Positions 22,401 to 33,651 of a DNA stretch of 35,496 nucleotides are shown one piece after another. Below the pieces are notes generated by a model. It saw nothing but the letters and a program-made list of their open reading frames with translations, was not told where the DNA came from and ran no database searches. Both the position numbers and the translations under genes were made by a program. Where the stretch lies: positions 124,001 through 159,496 of the forward strand of contig QPGO01000172.1 in the NCBI GenBank assembly GCA_008632985.1. Reading direction: 5' to 3'. Source of the DNA: Psammoneis japonica (taxonomy: Eukaryota). The first letter of the stretch is position 1; the number at the start of each line of letters is the position of its first letter.

Positions 22401-23580
22401 TGATTTAAAAAATGGGAGACACACAAGATTGAGTTTGCTTTTTTAACCCCGCCCCTGTCCATCCTTTGGGACATGTCGGCCCATCATCCGGCTGTCTGTT
22501 GAGTGGCTCCGATGGATGGAATTCGATCTGAGCATTTTGGAGGAAACTCACCCGGTCGCCTTCCTCCACAAGCATCCGAAATGTGGAGGGGCGTTTGATT
22601 TGCGACAATGATTGTGGCATGCATCGTGAAGGCCCACTCGTGAAGGCCCACTCGAGTGTTTGGAAGGCACATGGAAGCCTCTCATGAGGACGATGGTCCC
22701 TTTCACATTCTGCGGCAGGGTGTGTAACCTTTGAGAACCCAAGAATCACAGTCCTCTGTGTTTCGGAAGCACTCGAGCATTTTTGGGATTTGCCTCCTTT
22801 GGAAGCTTTGGAGCTTTCTAATTTCACTCAGAACATGGAACATCGTGCTGGGATCAACCCTTCAACCACCAGGGGAGCAAATCTCCACAGGTGGAGATTT
22901 GCTCTGCTCAAGGATGTGTGACGTGTCATGCACTTTTACAATGACATGATGAACACAGTAAAAAAAAGTCATGTCGTGCACAATCTGCGTAAAGCACACC
23001 ACGTGCATTTGCTCATTGGGAGCAAATCTCCACACCGGCGGAGATTTGCTCCCAAGGTGTGGCATTGTTGCTCCATTTGTGACAGCAATTCCTGACAAAC
23101 TGCATTGTCAGAGGTTGAGATTTAGTTCCTTTCTGTTCATGGATGAAGCTTGCAAAAAATCCGGTGTTAAAAGTCGACATTGAACTTTCTAAACTGCAAA
23201 AAGGGTGCCTCCAGATTTTCGGCGAGTGCGCGTTCCAGAACAAAATCACGCAAATGAAATGTCACACATGTCTGAAATTACTTCATTTGCCACATTTGTG
23301 ATGCAAGCGAGCAAATCTCCACTTGCTCAAGTCCGGTGGTTGAAGGGTTGGAGTGGTGTTGTCAGTTGCATGAGTGCAGTTTGAAGGTTGGCAGCATGAT
23401 GGTTGTCTGAAACCCAAACTGAGAAAAGTATTGCTGCCAGCTGATGAGAGCCCAAATCGGCAAAAATGCCATCAGACTGCTGTCCTGCCTGACTTGACAA
23501 GCCACGCACCTGGCATTGTGTTGAGAGGAACAATGGGAGGGGCAAAGGTGTTGCGGGCAGTGCGCACAATGCTGCACTGC
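19430..23580. other. TpA-depleted (TG/CA-rich) degenerate domain B
   Basis: Roughly 20-25 TA in ~4.1 kb by manual count, with none in 19530-20276 or 20899-21841. Nearly all ORFs are Tyr-free. The flanks have normal TA density. Confidence 0.93.
22875..23328. repeat. Cluster of gagcaaatctcc palindromes/hairpins
   Basis: 14-bp perfect stem 22875-22888/22891-22904; 16-bp perfect stem 23016-23031/23040-23055; third half-copy gagcaaatctccac-ttgctc at 23309-23328. Confidence 0.9.
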
Positions 23581-24090
23581 TCTGTCTTTAGAGCCACACT
23601 CTAGATTGTGCACCAGGTGGACGATTTCATTTCATCTGAATAAAGCCTCCAAAAGAATCTAGACTGGGGTGCATTCCGCAAGAAACATCCACGAATGCAT
23701 GAGAAGCAGTGGATGGGAAAAAAAAGCATCCAACGGAAAAAATCGAGCGGCAATCGCTGTACCAGATGCTTCCAATAGGGTTTAAAAAGACTCTTCCGAT
23801 GCGATTGCCACTCGATTATCAACATTAACGCCGCCGTAAACGATTTGCTCACCATGGTCGAAGTCTTTTTTTCTCGTGCAAAAAGCACAAGGATTGTGGG
23901 GTGGCGGACGAGCGTGCAAAAAATAATTTTAGTCGAATTATTCAGCTATAACGAATTCTTTTTGTACCAAAGATGTACGTACCTTTCTACACTGATATAG
24001 CGTATTAGAGTATTGACATTATAATAAGAAATCCTTCTAGATCTTTTTGAATATTTTTCTAGTGAATGTAGATGTCATGGACGACGAGAA

Positions 24091-25014
24091 ATGACACCGA
24101 GAGCGGAGCAACTTGAAACAGAACACAATGACGAGAACATTGAAATAGAAACAGCTCCGCTCGCAATGAACTCGAACCAAGAGCCCTTCAACGAAGCAAA
24201 CCCCGATCGCGCTGGTGCCGGTGGTGATGGTGAGCAGCCTCCGCCGCCTCGCGTGGAACCGCCGTTGTCGGAAAGATCGGCGGCCAACGTTGTTGAGATG
24301 ACAAGGCAGATGGTTGAATCCGTAACCACAGCCGTCACCACTACCGTCCGTTGTGTCCACGGGTAAGTGACTTGACTTGTTACTTTGCTGTTATTTTCTG
24401 TTGATGTCTCTGACCGTTCCATCCTTTTTGCGCTGCACAGATTTGCTCCTCAAGACATCACGGGGGCCATGCCACCCACCATTGCGGTGCCGGCGGCCAA
24501 TCAACCAGCTACGGTGGCTCAGCCTTTTGGCGCCGCCGCCAACCAGTCCAACAATTCTGGGCTGGCTTTTGGCGTGCCGAGTACGTCGACTGGATCTGGT
24601 GGGACTATGGCGGCCCCTCCTGCTGCGACTTATCAGCAGCCGTCTGCTCCTTTTGGTGGCGCTATGGCGGCCCCTCCTGCTGCGACTTATCAGCAGCCGG
24701 CTGCTCCTTTTGGTGGTGCTATGGCGGACCCTCCTGCGGCCAACCAGCCCCCGGCTGCTTCTTCGGGCTCTGGGGTGGCAAATAATGCGCCACCGCCAGT
24801 TGACGAAAGCGTCGTCAACGCTACAAACGGCGGCTTCATGTCGTATGGTGCCGACGCTGGTGGGACGGTTGTCATACCTTCTGCTGGTACGGCTGGAGAT
24901 GACGACGCTGCAGACGATGCAGCAGTAGACAACGGCGAAGACGACGATGGCGAAGGCGACGACGTCGTCGACGACGGCAATGCGGATGCGGCTGGGGACC
25001 ACGACGCTCTCTGA
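24091..25014 (+). CDS. Low-complexity Pro/Ala-rich, acidic-tailed hypothetical protein (exons 24091-24362, 24441-25014)
   Basis: Intron 24363-24440 (gtaagt...cacag) joins VHG to FAPQD in frame. Internal 57-nt repeat MAAPPAATYQQP(S/A)APFGGA. Confidence 0.72.
24598..24745 (+). repeat. 57-bp coding tandem repeat x~2.5
   Basis: atggcgg(c/a)ccctcctgc at 24607, 24664 and 24721. Confidence 0.9.
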
Positions 25015-25287
25015 CTTTCTCAAAAACAGGAAGTGGTGAGACAATGCCATCAGAAACAGCATGATGGTGCAATGGCATTAGCAGCAGCAGCAACAAGAGT
25101 GCCAGATTATACCGCCACGCAATGACGAGGAATCAACCAAGACCACGGTATTGTTATTTTTGCACTGGCTACAATATCGTAGAATAAGAAAAAAATAGAC
25201 CTAGAGGTTTTGTGAAATGATCATTATGCAGCTCACTTACAGTAGTTACGAATAAAGAGTGAAATGCGAAAGCTATCCACAAGTGCT

Positions 25288-27163
25288 CTACTCTTTAAAA
25301 TCAATACTCATCAAATCAAACGTGAGGCCTTCGGCAAAGGACCCATGCAGAGCATGAGGTATAAATGTGGGGAGCTGAACCCGTACAACTGGGCCCTTTT
25401 CCAGAGATCCCTTCCCCTCAACATCCATAACAACGAAGTCTGTTGTAAGGTCTCGTCCATTTACTACATAAGTAACAAGATACCCCTTGTCTTCCTGGTT
25501 TGGATTGGTCACGTCTGCTCCCTTTTTCGGGCAAAATACAACTTCGCCGGGGAATTCGTATGGCGCAAACGAAAACGACTCGGACTTTTCTGGTTGTGCC
25601 GTATCGAGTTTGAGTATGGCACCGCCGGGAGCACCACCACGACCATTGGGTTTGGTTTCGTAAGGCTCATGGGCGCCGACAGTATACGTATATCGATGCT
25701 TCTTGCCTGACAATGCCATTGGAATTGACGGAAATTCATTGGAGCGAGCGGAAATCACGTCAAAGCGAGTTCCTGGCGTGATACTCTCCAGCTCGGGAGA
25801 CACCGAAATTCGCACGTACTTGTTGGGAACGAAATCGTCCCAGTCAACCTGGTCCCATACCGGAATGTCTTTGGAAAAGCCGGCTCCAAGCTATACCGCA
25901 AGAAAGCGCGACCCAATGAGTTTCCAGATGCAAAACAAGCTAATCATGATAAACACACGAAACATGCCCTACCTCTGCTTCTTCCGTCATTACGGAATCA
26001 AACACAACATTGCCGTCTTCGTCCTCAAAGGCATTGGCAAAGTGAAAGTTGAAATGATACGGAACCTTGATTACTTTGATTCGTTTGTCTTGTCCTGCAC
26101 GAATATCTGCAGCCGTTCCCTCTTCGAGCTGTGTAATGCGTGGTACCAAAAAGACAGTCGACTCGGTAGCTTGAGAATCAAAGTCCACAACCTCTGCAAA
26201 AGCCGCTTGCCCGAACAAGGCCATAAGAGCCTTTTTGTTGTTAATGCCTGCGGGAGGCATGCAAAAGACATGCCAGTTCTCAGTAAGGACGTAATCATGA
26301 ACAACGGCGGCGCCATCAAATACAAAGGATACTTCATCCGTTCGGATTGGTTTCATATCCTTGTCGAATTCAAACAAGTTGATCTTGCTTTCTCCCTTTG
26401 CAGGATCGAGGCTCGTACCGAAATTAACAATGTTACCAGAATGGGAATCATATCGGTAGTGTGCCGCAAACTTGTCTTGGTCCTTCAAGAGGCCATCTAG
26501 GTCATGTCCCTTTGGTTCCTTGTCTACGTCGTTTTCCAATGTCAATGGATCTAGAATATATGGCCATCCACCTTCCCAAAGGGCGTACAACTTTTCTCCG
26601 CAGTACAGCACGTGGGTGTTGGCCACATTCTTGAAGTCGGTTCGAAAGAGGTTTGCGAAGAAGCCTCCAGAGACTCGTGTACCAAAGATACCCGGTTGAC
26701 TCATTTTCCCGGTTTCTAAGTCAGTACGATATCCTTCTGTGCGCACAAATCTGTTCCGAAACAAGAGCTTCTTCTGACGAGGATCAAACGTTATGGCTGA
26801 AACGAGGCCATCTCCATCAAACATGTGATGAGCACAAACCCCATCATCAGACTCAAACCGTCCATGGCCATTCCGATAATAAGTCCCTTCAGGAAAATCT
26901 TTGGGCAGATCCGGACAATCAATGACTGTTGCTGGTATCTCTTTGGGACACGTTGTGTACCCTCTCGCCCATGCTTTTTGGTCGTGGCCGGAGCGACTCA
27001 GTGCTGGTGAGGTGGAAGCTGCTGCTTGTCTACTCGTTGTGACTGCCATTCTTAGCGGATTGTGTTGTCCAACGGTCCAGCCACGAACGGGCTCTCGCAA
27101 GATCGTGACAAGCACGAGAAGTGCCGCCATTGGGAACTTCTTCCTACCGAGTCGTCGTTGCAT
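25288..27163 (-). CDS. Carotenoid oxygenase (RPE65/CCD/ACO family), probably plastid-targeted (exons 27163-25973, 25890-25288)
   Basis: Motifs LPKDFPEGTYYRNGHG, HMFDGDG, FRNRFVRT, NVANT, ALWEGG, FAAHY, VVHD, FHFANAFE, EVVFCP and PHALHGSF, which include the iron-ligand His motifs. In-frame intron 25972-25891. Start may be 27163 or 27130. Confidence 0.95.
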
Positions 27164-27777
27164 GATTGATGATTGGTGGCAACGAAATGAATATAACGCA
27201 GTTTTTCCGTTCTCTTTTCTATCAGGTACGAATACTGCAGTTTTCCACAACGAAGGAAACACGTTAGTTATGACGCTAAAGAGCGAGGTCAGATGATGCC
27301 GATCAACACATGCAGCATGGTTCCGGCCGCTGGTGATGAGCGGCATCTTTCGTCATGTTTTGCAACGTCAGGACAAGTTGGAAATCAGAAATCCAATGGA
27401 ATCCGGAATCTAGCTCTAGATGTGTCTGCTTTGAAGTTCCGGATTCCGTAAGCAAGTTGAAAGTAGAGATGAATTCGTTGGTGCGACGCGCGTCCCACCA
27501 TGGCGGTCAGGCATTCCTGCAGCACCGATATTCATCTTCAGGCAGCTCTCCATGGCTCATCCGAGAGCGCATTGTCTAACGATTCTAATGATGTGTCTTA
27601 AATGCCAACAAGGCACGTCATGATAATTTTTTTTACCACAGCTTTGCAGCACCCGATGAAAACTTGTGTTTTCGAGTCGCTCACAGATACAAAATGCGTG
27701 GCGAAGGGTACGTGCCATTCTTTGTATTTGATACTCATGTTCTCATTTCTTGCTGCTCGCTGCTTCTCTTTGTTCAG

Positions 27778-29947
27778 TGCTAAATCGTCCAAGTACTTTG
27801 TAAAGTTCATTTCCAAGTCGGAAAGTACTTCAACTCCGATGCAGCCACAAGCCAGCACAGAAAGCGACAAGAATCCATCATCTTCGCCTCCTCCTCCAAA
27901 ACCATCATGGCGCATCAAGACACAGAAAGAATATCTCGATGGCCTCTCAGAAGAAGAAATCCGAAAGAAAGGCGGGCTGCGGAAGCTAGAGAAGCAACCC
28001 ACAAATCGATACTTCAAGAGGACGAAGCTGACAGATATTATTGTAATGATGCATGGAGGGTCGAATAGGACGGATGAAGAACAAGAGGCTGTGGGGTTGT
28101 TTGTTCACTTTCTCATGGGTAAGCTTCGGTTTTGGCCGTCTCTTTTTACTTGTAAACTCCTTTGCTCATTTTTCTTTTGTCGAATGTAGGCATTCTTGAC
28201 CCAGATCCATGGAAGAGATGGACCGCTTTCCAAGCTTCACAGCATCCCTTCATAAGCGGGAGCAAGCTACACAGAAGAAAGCAAAGTACAAACTCTGACG
28301 GAGAAGAGAAGAATGATTTTGACATTTACTGTGTGCCGCCGTGGGATCCGTCTATCTGCCGCCGAAGGCTCCTACATGTGCAAAAAACGCGAGAGCGACA
28401 GCAGGCGATTAGGCAGAAGTATGGGCAGCCCGACGCGAAAAAAAATCAACGTCAGGAAATAATAGGTAAGCCTACAATGATATCGCGCAGCATGCTGCTA
28501 TTTTGTCCATCCGTTAACTCTTGAACTTACCTGTGTTTTCGTCTTTCTAGTGCATCGCGAGTAACAGCCATGGCAGAGAGCATGTCTCTCGACACAAAGG
28601 CGCACTCAGCTCCTCAACATATTGCGAGCTCCGGAGCATCTGGTTCTCCCCAAAGTCAATCGAACATGCGGCTGTCGCTGATCAGGTAACTCCTGCTACG
28701 CAACGCCATGCCGCCCATAATCAAGGTAGCTATCCGGTCGTGGTCAACGCTTCATCCAACGCAAGTAGTTTTGGGGCTGTCCAAGTTGGGGTGTATCAGA
28801 CTGATGGGAGTGGCGTTCCTGCCATGGCTAATGCGGCAAATGTCGCACGCTCTGCTTACGTTGCGGCGTCCAGTCTTTCTGATGTTTATCCTCATCATAG
28901 GGCCGTGGTTCACGGGGGAATGACGCCGATGGCATCCCCATCAATCCATAGCGTAAGCAGCGGAATCGGGGATACAACGCGAGTCACCAGCGACCGGTCT
29001 ACCTTCCATCTGGTGCTCAGAGCTTCTCAGGTTTAACACCCGATGGAATACAGCACTTGCCAATTGAGTCGGAATTGGGTTACGCCTTGCAGCGTCCTGG
29101 AGTTGTTCCCGGTATGGGTGGTGACATGGCATCAACTCCGCTACCGGTAGTGTATCCACACATGGCTACGATGATTCCTGCCGGAGCTCTCTCACCTCAT
29201 CAAATTAACCCACCCCCGCCAATGCGTTCCGGTAGCCTTTCGAATGCGCAGTCGAAGCCTTCTAGTCGAAGCAGACACACGTTCAATTCCATGAATAATC
29301 CAACATCTCCGGCGCATCGCGGTTCCCGCGCGCTATCATCAAGACCTGACATTCTTGAAGACGGTGCTGACTACGATGTTGCAAATGACGGTTCCATGCA
29401 GCCGCATGGAGTGACAGCAGCCGGCGCCACGAGTTTACCATCGCAGCAGCTGGCTGATCAGTCAGGTGTAAACCAACAGACGCAGGACCAACCGCCCCTT
29501 ATGATGGATCCCAATGTGCAACAGCAACAGATTTCGGCTTCTTTCCCGTATGGTGGATATGGAGTAAGCGCTGGGATGTGTGGTGCTGGAGGGTCGATGC
29601 CCCCTCAAATGAACGTTTACTACTATGTTGCACCCGACGTAAGTCATGTTATGGTCACTCCTCAACCAGTTGAAATGATGTCCGCATAGGCGCCAATAAT
29701 GTATGGTAGTCATGGTACAGGTGTGGCTCCTATGCAGTACGCCACCGCTGCAATGTCTGCCCCGATTCATCCGATGTCGCATGGAATCGTCCCGCAACAG
29801 CTTCCTCCACAATATTTTGAGGGAATGGGACTGCAACAACAGATGCAGCAGCAACAGCAGTGTGTACCTGGAGGCATCCCCTATTGGTCGGGGGAAATAC
29901 AGCCAAGACCGCCCGCGCCGTCATCTAGCACAGGCAAGAGCATGTGA
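27778..29947 (+). pseudogene. 5'-truncated Yak1/DYRK-like protein kinase pseudogene
   Basis: AKSSKYF...RYFKRTKLTDII...LFVHFLMG|ILDPDPWKRWTAFQASQHPFISG resembles subdomains X-XI of Yak1-type kinases. Introns near 28119-28189 and 28466-28550. No N-lobe, HRD or DFG seen upstream. A frameshift lies near 28960-29000, and an in-frame TAG at 29687-29689 interrupts the Q/P-rich tail. Confidence 0.72.
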
Positions 29948-30299
29948 ACTGTGAACACCTCATTTTGAGATAGTCACGGTTCAAGTGATGATTAAATAAT
30001 GCGATGCGTGTTATTGTCTGAGGCGGCACGCGATTCTGTATGTCGGTGTCAACATGAAACTGGGCTGTTCCCAAATCCTCCCAATCTTTTGACGAAGGTT
30101 AAGGGTCAGGGAGAATCCCAGTCTATCGTTCTTAGAGAGATGATTCGTGTGACCCAATGCATGTCTGACGCATGATCCGGCACCGGTAGGCGCATTGGGA
30201 CTTCACGTGAGTCATCTGACGTGGTACAGTAGCTCCACAGACTCATTCAAAGTGAGTAGTTTCTCTTCCCTAGTAGTAGAGAGCAAGTAGCTCGAAATG

Positions 30300-30379
30300 A
30301 TGAACAAGAGCAATGCCTCATGTACGAAGTAGCGTAAGAAGTTAACAATGAACAAGAGCAATGCTCCATGTACGAAGTA
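30300..30379 (+). repeat. 48-bp tandem duplication
   Basis: atgaacaagagcaatgc..catgtacgaagta at 30300 and 30348. Confidence 0.88.
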
Positions 30380-30479
30380 TGGTATGTTATCAAATAATGC
30401 TCTAGTAGCTGCAGTGATATTTATTGGTTCCTCCTCGAGCAGGAACTCTGGATTCATCGCCGGCAAAGGTCATAAGATT

Positions 30480-32232
30480 TCCCTCATCCATGTGGAACTT
30501 GCTCGAGTGACCAGGAGCATTTCCTGAAGAAAATAGGGGCTTCCCTGTCAACAATGCTTTTCTCCGAAGCAACTTCAATGAAGCGAAGGAAAGCGCTCGC
30601 AAAGTCACTGCGTTAGTCCTCATGCCACCAACAATTGTTATTTGAGATGCCATCAAAATTTGCATTGGAAAGGTAATCTCCTTGCATTGTGCCCTGCGGT
30701 CAATAAAAGCGGGCAGAAAACTGGTCATCTTTGGAGCTGCCGAGCCAGTATTCCCTCTTCAGTGGGCTTCCAGCAAATTTTTGGTGACAGGGCGAGTAGT
30801 TCGATGAATCTAGCAACTGACGAAATGTATTCTGTATTGCACAGTTTTGAATGAACTGATTAGGGCTCTTGCGCTTTTCTTCAAGTCGAGGTCGCTTGAG
30901 TGCAGGCTGGTAAGGCGGGTCATATTGCTCCAGCGACGGACTTCTTGATGCTGATGAAGCAGCTCGTGTTGGGTCAACGTGCCTCCCATCCCGTCCAAAC
31001 CGCCAAACAGCTGCCACATTTCGCAATGCTTCCGACGCATCAGTTTCCTCAGGATACCAGTAGATTCCTTGACTGCTCTGTAACGAGTTAGCACCTCGTT
31101 CTGCGTAATAGATACAATTATCAGTTGGGTCTTTGTATGCAGCAGTCATCCAGAGTTGTCCGCGACTGTCCTCCATGCGTTCCAGACAAATACCCCCATC
31201 GTGAAGGTTTACACTTCATGTGGTCAAATCTACACCTGTGTCCATGCATGCATCCCTCTACGCTGTTGAAAAATAAACACCGTCTATCCCTGCCTGAAGA
31301 CATCCAATCAACATCGTTGAGAGTAGGAAGCTCGTGTCTTTTTGTGGCGAGGATGAGCGGGGTCGAGACCACTGACTTCGGTCTCCAAATGATGACGAAG
31401 AATCGTACAGCTGCGACTCGGAGGTTCTCCTTCTCATTTGCGTTATTGATGCTTCCCATGCGTAGTAACCCTTCATGCCCGAGCTGACCGGAGAACGTCT
31501 CTTTGATACCTAAAAGACTCCAAAGAAGGCTTTCTCCCTCCCGATGCTGAAGGTGGCGATTGCCCGGCTTGGAATAGGGAGGAGTGTGTCTATCACAAGA
31601 GTCCGGTGGTGATGAGACTCCATCGAAGGAACGAGAATTCGTGGATTACAATGACACTCTAGGCCCATAGTAGTCTGGTGATGAGACCCCATTGAAGGAA
31701 TGAGAATTCGCGGCCGACAATGACACTCCAGGCCCGTAGTAGTCCTGCAATTCCGAAGCCATCCTCCTCTGTTTGATGATTTATTATGTGGAGTATCAGT
31801 GTCATTCATGCAATTCCAAACCGTCACAACTCTTGCCAGTGCTTCCGTAGCATCTGCCTCGTTTGGATACCAAAACATATCTTGGTGACTACGGCGGGAA
31901 CTCCCGCCACCCTCGGCATAGTAAATCGTTTTGTCCCCTGGGTTTTCATAACCTGCCGAAATCCTCGTCAGGCCTCTCGACATTTTCCTCCGCAATATGC
32001 TAATTCGCCTCTGGTCCAAGCATGCTGGATTGCCGGAAATTGAGTTTCCTTCACGGTCTACAGCCAAGAAGAGGTCGGACGTATCGGTTATGACATTCAT
32101 GTCTGCAAGAAGAGGGAGCTCGTCTGAGTGTGGCGATTGCGCTGGGCAATCAATGGCGTCGTGGCTGTGATTGGAAGCTGCCGGCGGACTCACTGATAAG
32201 TGATCCTTCTCTCGAAACAATAACGTAAACAA
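30480..32232 (-). pseudogene. Disrupted gene with a CCCH zinc finger and a repeated ~50-aa domain
   Basis: CLFFNSVEGCMHGHRCRFDH (C-x8-C-x5-C-x3-H). Two clear repeats: SAGYENPGDKTIYYAEGG..MFWYPNEADATEAL and TAAYKDPTDNCIYYAERG..IYWYPEETDASEAL. A more diverged third copy has in-frame stops, and the pieces lie in different frames. Confidence 0.65.
31607..31744 (+). repeat. 69-bp tandem repeat x2
   Basis: tggtgatgagac..cat.gaaggaa.gagaattcg...caatgacactc.aggccc.tagtagtc at 31607 and 31676. Confidence 0.9.
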
Positions 32233-33651
32233 TCAATCGTTGTCTGGCTGCGTAGTCTTGGGGCTTACGCGACGTTTTAATCAACCCGCCTTTTTTTGTC
32301 ATGAGCTGCGGCTGCATTTAATAAGTCGAGAATAGAATCATCCACTACCCCAAAGTCTCCTGCAATTCGAGAGCATCTTTTGACGAAAGAGCTTCACGAA
32401 GATGTTGCTTCAATAGTTCAAGCAATTCTTGCAACTTCTGTTAGGGCCCTAGAGAGAGACTTGCTTCACGTGTGCTGCCAAATCGAGTTGAAGGCGCCAG
32501 CATTGGGTCCTGAAAGGGATTGACTTTATGCGTTGCCACTTCCCAAAACTGGTGCTGAAGAGACTTGGTAAAAACTCGAACACCGGCATCATCAAATATG
32601 CGGTAAGCAAATGTCCCGGAAATGCTCTCTTTCTTAAAACCATGCACTATCCTGGAGCGGAGTCGAAGCAAACTGATCAAGTCGCTCATTTGTTCACACC
32701 TTCAAAAGATAGTGCCGTTCCATTGGCATCAAATGATTCTTATCTTGTCGCTACTACTTCCTTCCGATCCACGATACGAGATTTACCACCAACTCGTAGA
32801 TAGACCTCGTTGTGAGGCACAATAATCTACATGCCTCCTTCGATTACCTTGGTTGTCCTAAAGTGGTCGTTGTTATGAAGGTAATGGTGATTGTACTCTC
32901 GCAGTTTTGTCAGTAATGCCAGAGCCCCCGTCTCCCATTTATCAACTTGCCACGCAATACTGTGTACGCAGTAGATCCCCCTAACAACAACACTTTTGCG
33001 GCTGTTTCTATAATGCATAGAGGGTGACACTGCAGAGGGTCAGACGAGCATCGTATCGCATTATCCAAACGAGTGCCAAGCATGCAGCAACAATTCCACG
33101 GCGTCCATTTTCCCTTCAAATTGCAGTGGTGAACAACGAGCTACGATAGAAGGCAGGCATGGCATGTACCGTACACAAGAGCACAGGCTATTGATCTTCC
33201 AACTTCCAATTTGCTCAACGTGTTTCCTGCTTGTTTGCGTGGTATTCTTTTCGTCATTGCGTTACATTCGTCTTGATTGCGCTTCATCGTTTCGTCCCCT
33301 GATGTCATCAAAGAAACATTCCTTTTCGTTTTCGTATCGTCATGTACAAGTGCTGGCATCGGACATCATCATTGCTGGATTTCATTCTTCATTCTTCTTC
33401 GATTGCCGATCTGGCTGGAGATCCGGAACCAGGTAACCGCCGGGTTCGGGATCTGACGTCACACTTCTCCAGTCAGGTTTCAAATTTGAAAGTTGCTACC
33501 GAAGGTCGTACCGTAGAATTCTACGAAGATAAAAGTGATGATATACAGATTGAAGAAATTATATTATCATGAACAACGATTTTGGCGATTGACACAAAAC
33601 TGAGCACGACAAACAGAAAAACGAAGACGACTTGTAGTCGTACGGCAGACA

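Noticed and set aside
22625..22654. 14-bp tandem duplication cgtgaaggcccact x2
   Set aside because: A small slippage duplication with no further structure.
19582..23613. Many ORFs in domain B
   Set aside because: Same stop-codon depletion artefact; no intact gene can be supported.
19278..23884. ctcgtgcaaaaa at 19278-19289 and 23873-23884 flanking domain B
   Set aside because: Only 12 nt with an A-run and not at the compositional edges; too weak to call a TSD or LTR.
25703..26500. 265-aa plus-strand ORF
   Set aside because: Antisense shadow of the carotenoid oxygenase gene.
32300..33600. Short ORFs (e.g. 32528..32803)
   Set aside because: No family features or splice structure I can support.
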